A stretch of DNA of 64,000 bases from Felis catus. Its lineage: Eukaryota. The notes under the pieces are model-generated. The model was not told the origin of the DNA, did no database searches, and saw only the letters and a program-made list of their open reading frames with translations. The stretch is from positions 7,006,001-7,070,000 of the forward strand of contig NC_058370.1 of NCBI RefSeq assembly GCF_018350175.1, given 5' to 3'. Within the stretch, counting starts at the first letter, position 1, and each line of letters opens with the position of its first letter. Below are positions 59,506 through 64,000 of the stretch, piece by piece. The translations under genes and the position numbers were made by a program.

Positions 59506-60728
59506 GTAACAGCCAGAACAATATGGCGGCTTAGGCTCACTTCGTGCTCGGTGCTTCTCTATGGGTTCTTCACATACTGACTAACTGAACTCCCATATCG
59601 ACCTTATGAAATGGATACAATTCCCAGCCCCATTAACAGTTGAGGAAGTTGAGGAGCAGACAGGATGGAGAATTGGTCAAATGTGTTGAGGATATATGAT
59701 GAAATGGACTCTTCCATGGGTTTAGGCTTTCTGGGCGGAGCTCAGAAGCCCGTCCATACTCAGACACTTTTGGAGAACGTGATCTGGAAGCTTGGGGCTT
59801 TTACTGTGTCCTGATTGTCCCCACTAACGTGAGAAAGCTCACAATTCCTTCGTCAGGTAATTAACAAAGCTTATTTAGGAAATCAGCATTTTGTTGTTGT
59901 TGTTCTTTGTTGTTTTTTCAAATTCTCCAGATGCCTTTCTCCACTGGTGAATCAGAGCAGGGGTTATCCAAGGACACAGCGCTGGGTCACCTGGTCAGCA
60001 CCTGAGACTCTGAGATAAAAAGAGTTTGGTTTTCCACTCTTTTCATTTTTTTTTATCATACCCTTAAACCCTGTACAATTAAGAAAATCCCCTCAATATG
60101 TTCAGATTAATAAGGCAAATATTTTACAAGCTGATTTTCTTTCTGGAGTATTAGAATGAGCGATTCACAGCAACATGAACCCTACTGGCTTTATTGAAAT
60201 ATTAAAACATATAAATAATTTATATGGAGACAGAGACTCACAGAAGATATGAAATCTTCAGAACATTACATATATAAATTATATACACTGCTTGACTCAA
60301 GAAGTTTAATGTGTTAGAAAATATCCTGTGCTCAGACCACCCTTAATAGAATTGAAGGTTAACATGAATATGGAGAGAGAAAATTTGAATTCTAGAGTGC
60401 CAGTTTCAGCAAAGATCAAAACCAACTATTGTCCTCAAATCAGCCAGACATGTTACTCAGGAAAACAGATGCATGTTTATGAGAGGCCATATGACAAGTT
60501 ATTGCTGTAATAAAAAAATTCAAGCTAGGTTGGGTCTTACTACCTCCCCTACCCCAACACCATGCATTTGTAACAAGTGTGATGCCTGCAACTGTACCGT
60601 GAATGCTTTCTTCACCTCTAGATCTGATACTCAAAGAGGATGTTGCCTGGCTTTCCACTCTCTCCCAGAAGTCATGGCTGTGATTTAGGGCTCATTATTC
60701 AGTCTCTCTGTGCCTCAGGATTTTCTTA

Positions 60729-60943
60729 TTTTTTTTTTAACGCTTATTTATTTTTGAGAGACAGAGAGAGGCCGAGCGCGAGCAGGGGAGGGGCAGAGAG
60801 ACAGGGAGACACAGAATCCAAAGCTGGCTCCTGGCTCTGAGCTGTCAGCACAGAGCCCGATGCCGGGCTTGAACCCACGAGCCGTGAGATCACGACCTGA
60901 ACTGAAGTTAGATGCTTAACTGACTGAGCCACCCAGGCGCCCC
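60729..60943 (-). mobile_element. Felid CAN-SINE
   Basis: Full body ending gagccacccaggcgcccc; TSD not clear. Confidence 0.95.
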
Positions 60944-60954
60944 TACACATCTCA

Positions 60955-61144
60955 TTTTTTTCTAATATTTTAAAAAGTTTGTTTATTTTGAGACAGAGAG
61001 AGCGAGAGAGAGCGAGCACAAGTGGAGGAGGGGCAGAGAGGGGGAGAGAGAATTGTAAGCAGGGCTCAAGCTCACGAACTCAGATCACAGCCTGAGCCAA
61101 AGTCAAGGGTAGGATGCTTAACTGTCTGAGCTACGTAGGCACCC
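60955..61144 (-). mobile_element. Older, internally deleted CAN-SINE
   Basis: T tail, (GA)n, gatgcttaactgtctgagctacgtaggcaccc. Confidence 0.88.
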
Positions 61145-61686
61145 AAAGCTTCTATGATAGTATTTTTCAATAGCATTTAAGTTACTGGAAGAAGGGACTT
61201 TATGTGTTTTGTCCACTGGTGATTCCCCAGTGGGAATCATCATACTAGCACCTTGGACATAATTGGCACCTAGTTAGTAGATTAATCACAAAATTAGTAT
61301 TTTAGATCCTTGGTAATTAGATGTTAATGCTGGGTTGCAGTATGGTAGAAACTATGTGCACGCGCACACACATACACACACACTCTCTCTACTTTCATGA
61401 TTCTCAGAATAAACGTTGATTAATTACATTGTCCAGCTATGGCGAGGACAATCAAATAGCACAAGATACCCTCAGGGCACCAGACATCTGGGAAGGTGGA
61501 TCATTTGCCTTCAGCTCTCAGCTGTCCTTGAACTCTGCCTCTGGCCAGTTCCCCCAGATGTTTCCGGATGTTCTGGATCAAAGCCAAGGCGCGCTCTTGT
61601 TTTGCAAGGGGGCAGTGCAACTTACCATCACCAGCGTTGCAGAATGGAAGTAAATAGCCCCTCACCTCCCATGCCAATTTATTGTT

Positions 61687-61834
61687 NNNNNNNNNNNNNN
61701 NNNNNNNNNNNNNNNNNNNNNNNNNNNNNNNNNNNNNNNNNNNNNNNNNNNNNNNNNNNNNNNNNNNNNNNNNNNNNNNNNNNNNNNNNNNNNNNNNNNN
61801 NNNNNNNNNNNNNNNNNNNNNNNNNNNNNNNNNN
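61687..61834. other. Assembly gap
   Basis: N run. Confidence 1.
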
Positions 61835-62580
61835 TTGCCAATTAGGACTTAATTGTTATCCATAACTCAAACATTTGCTGGCTGCTTATGGAGTAAAAGC
61901 CATCATTCTCTTTTTGCTGTCCTGACTTCCATCACCCTAGGACCCTTGCATCACGAGTGAGGGAATTTCTTTTCCTTAAGTTGGGGCCAGTGAGCACAGA
62001 ACACTTTCCAGTTCTTAGTTCCAGGATGTGGCTGCAGGCAGGCATTAATTGGCCAGTTGAATGGAAGATCGTTAAACCCCTGTGTTAGGCATCTGCTGTT
62101 TTTGCCTCCCGAATCTGCATTTCCCAATATTCTGCCAGCTGACTTCTGATGTGGCTTTGGAGACGTTTTCTGTTGTTTGGATGATTGCACGATCCTCCTA
62201 GCTGGGCTTCCAGATTTTACCATCGACTCCTACAGCATATTCTTAACACAGCAGTTCTCCGTGCAGAGTGATCCTTCTAAAATACGTCCGGTCCTGTGAC
62301 TCCTGTGTTGCCAAGCCGCTCCCACCTGCCTGTCCCACTCAGGGTTGAGGCCACTGTCTGTGCAACTGCTTGGAGTCCTGCATACTCCCATCCCCCACTC
62401 ACCCTTCTCAATTGACATCTTGTTACCCTTTCCTCACCGGCTCCTGACATATTTTTGTTTATTGTCTGTCTCCTCCTCATGCACGTAAATTCCAGAAAGG
62501 CGGAGATGTAGTCATGCTGTTTTTTATGGAGCCCAGTGAAGTTCTTACTTCTTTTGGTCCTACTTTCTGTTAATGTCATA

Positions 62581-62730
62581 TCTGCCGCCGTCTTCTGGTG
62601 CCCAGTGCGCACGCGCCGCCTGGCTCCGCGAGGCCTCCCTGCCTCTGCCCCCTTCTCTCGGGGCTGCAGGAAGCAAAGGAGACTTTTACTACGATTCTCC
62701 CACAGATTCCCGTTTCCCTCGGCGCTCATA
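62581..62730. promoter_or_regulatory. Small CpG-rich patch with NRF1-type motif
   Basis: Locally GC/CpG-rich in a CpG-poor window; tgcgcacgcgc at 62606-62616. Confidence 0.35.
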
Positions 62731-62764
62731 GCAGTGAACCCATTCATCCTAAGATCTGACCGTG

Positions 62765-63587
62765 CAGAAACCTTGGGTTGCAAGTAACTTGTTCTGCGAG
62801 TGTTCTGCTAGACAAATATTTCTAATGAATTTTAATTTGATAAATGAGCGATGTCTTACAATATGAGTAGTACGTGGTGCTGAATGTCACATGATCACAA
62901 CTGCGCCAATGGTTCCTCTCTCTCTCTCTCTCTCTCTCTCTGTGGGATTGTGGGTGATCATCTCCCATGCTTGGATGCTCCATCTCAGGCTGTGGTGTTT
63001 GGCAGAAATCAGTGATTTTTCAGAACATTGGAAGGTGCCCACAACTGGCACTGGTGTATTTTTTGTCACTTCCAAGCACCTGTGGACAGTCCCTTGCTTT
63101 TCCAGACAAGAGTGAGCCTAGGAATGCTTTGCTTCATTCTAGGTCAGGCTGCCTGCGGATCTAGACCCTTTCCTCTGCTGCCTTATTGCCAGTCACATGA
63201 AATACAGTATATGACAAGAATTTATCAATACTACTGTAGTCAACATCCGGGCGAGCGTATACAATGGCCTCCATGCAGAAAAAGATTCTGTCGAGCCAAC
63301 AGACAGCAGTGAGTCCGTTAGTGATCGTGAAAGTCATCCTACAAAATAACCCTCCTCTCTCTTGTCTCCCTCGCACCAGCCACAAAGGTTTTCCAAGGGA
63401 AGTGCAGGTTAATTTATTTTTTCTATGTTTTGCATTTTATTATTTTGTATTACAATACAGTATTGTAATCATTTTTATATGAATTTTGTTGGTTTTGATA
63501 TGAATATTTTTGGCTTTGATATGCGAGTGCTTTGGATTACAAGTGGGCTTCTGGAACGAATTATGCTTGCACCCCAAGGTTTTACTG
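62765..63587 (+). mobile_element. Tigger/pogo-type non-autonomous DNA transposon, 823 bp
   Basis: TIRs cagaaaccttgggttgcaag / cttgcaccccaaggttttactg; TG on the left and TA on the right (TA target); probable transposase start and end remnants at 63264-63349. Confidence 0.8.
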
Positions 63588-64000
63588 TAGTTTCATGACA
63601 AGTCCTTATTGTATCCAAATGCATTTCTGAGCGATGGAATATTATCCAAGGTTTATGTTTGTGGCAGATGCTGAAGAAGGGGCATTGAAGAACTGGTCAA
63701 AGGGAGAACTTTTCAGGAGTGTTCATATTACTCCATCCTGGGGTCTAGGGGCCGGGAGATGTCCCACAAACCGCAGGGCCCAAAGATCTTTCTTTTAGCC
63801 TGTCCTGGGCTTAAGAGGGGGAAAGAGCCAATATTGAAAACCAAGAGGTTTTATAGAGAAATCCAGTTTGGAGGTTTCCCCGAGAAATTGGATAATCTGG
63901 CATATTTCCTGCTGGTGCTAGGGTCTGGAGCTGAGCCTGACCTGGCACCTTTGGGCACGGCACGGCTCCTCCCTTTGCCAGGGCCCCCGCCCCCTGGGAC

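Noticed and set aside
62277-62787. Longest ORF (168 aa) and an opposite-strand ORF with a signal-peptide-like start
   Set aside because: Both are shown with non-ATG starts, the long one crosses L2 and Tigger sequence, and neither has recognisable homology; local GC richness explains the lack of stops
1-64000. Identification of host gene, locus or exact species; numt or viral coding sequence
   Set aside because: No recognisable exon, mitochondrial sequence or gag/pol/env remnant; the SINEs place it in Felidae only

Overview
Mammalian, AT-rich, non-coding genomic DNA (intergenic or deep intronic) from a felid: it carries about 27 carnivore tRNA-derived CAN-SINEs, including young SINEC_Fc-type copies with perfect target-site duplications (TSDs). 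I can support no protein-coding gene, functional RNA gene, CRISPR array or prokaryotic feature. The supplied ORFs are short and are explained by repeats, N gaps or chance. Much of the window is a layered transposable-element record: MIR/L2/L1 fragments, MaLR (MLT1), ERVL (MLT2, LTR16, MER21) and ERV1-type solo LTRs, and hAT (MER20, MER20B, MER5, MER81, MER91) and Tc1/mariner-pogo (Tigger2, Tigger13-like, MADE2) DNA transposons. There are six assembly gaps. Repeat family names come from recalled consensus sequences and need RepeatMasker/Dfam confirmation; boundaries of old repeats are approximate. I found no convincing new biological system. The best leads are: a well-preserved 823-bp Tigger-type deletion derivative beside a CpG/NRF1 patch (62.58-63.59 kb), a multi-hairpin segment with an RFX-like box (46.9 kb), a pre-miRNA-sized hairpin (48.9 kb), a triple-nested SINE (20.8-21.4 kb), a tightly spaced inverted SINE pair (41.2-41.7 kb), two candidate micro-exons and several motif-rich unique segments.
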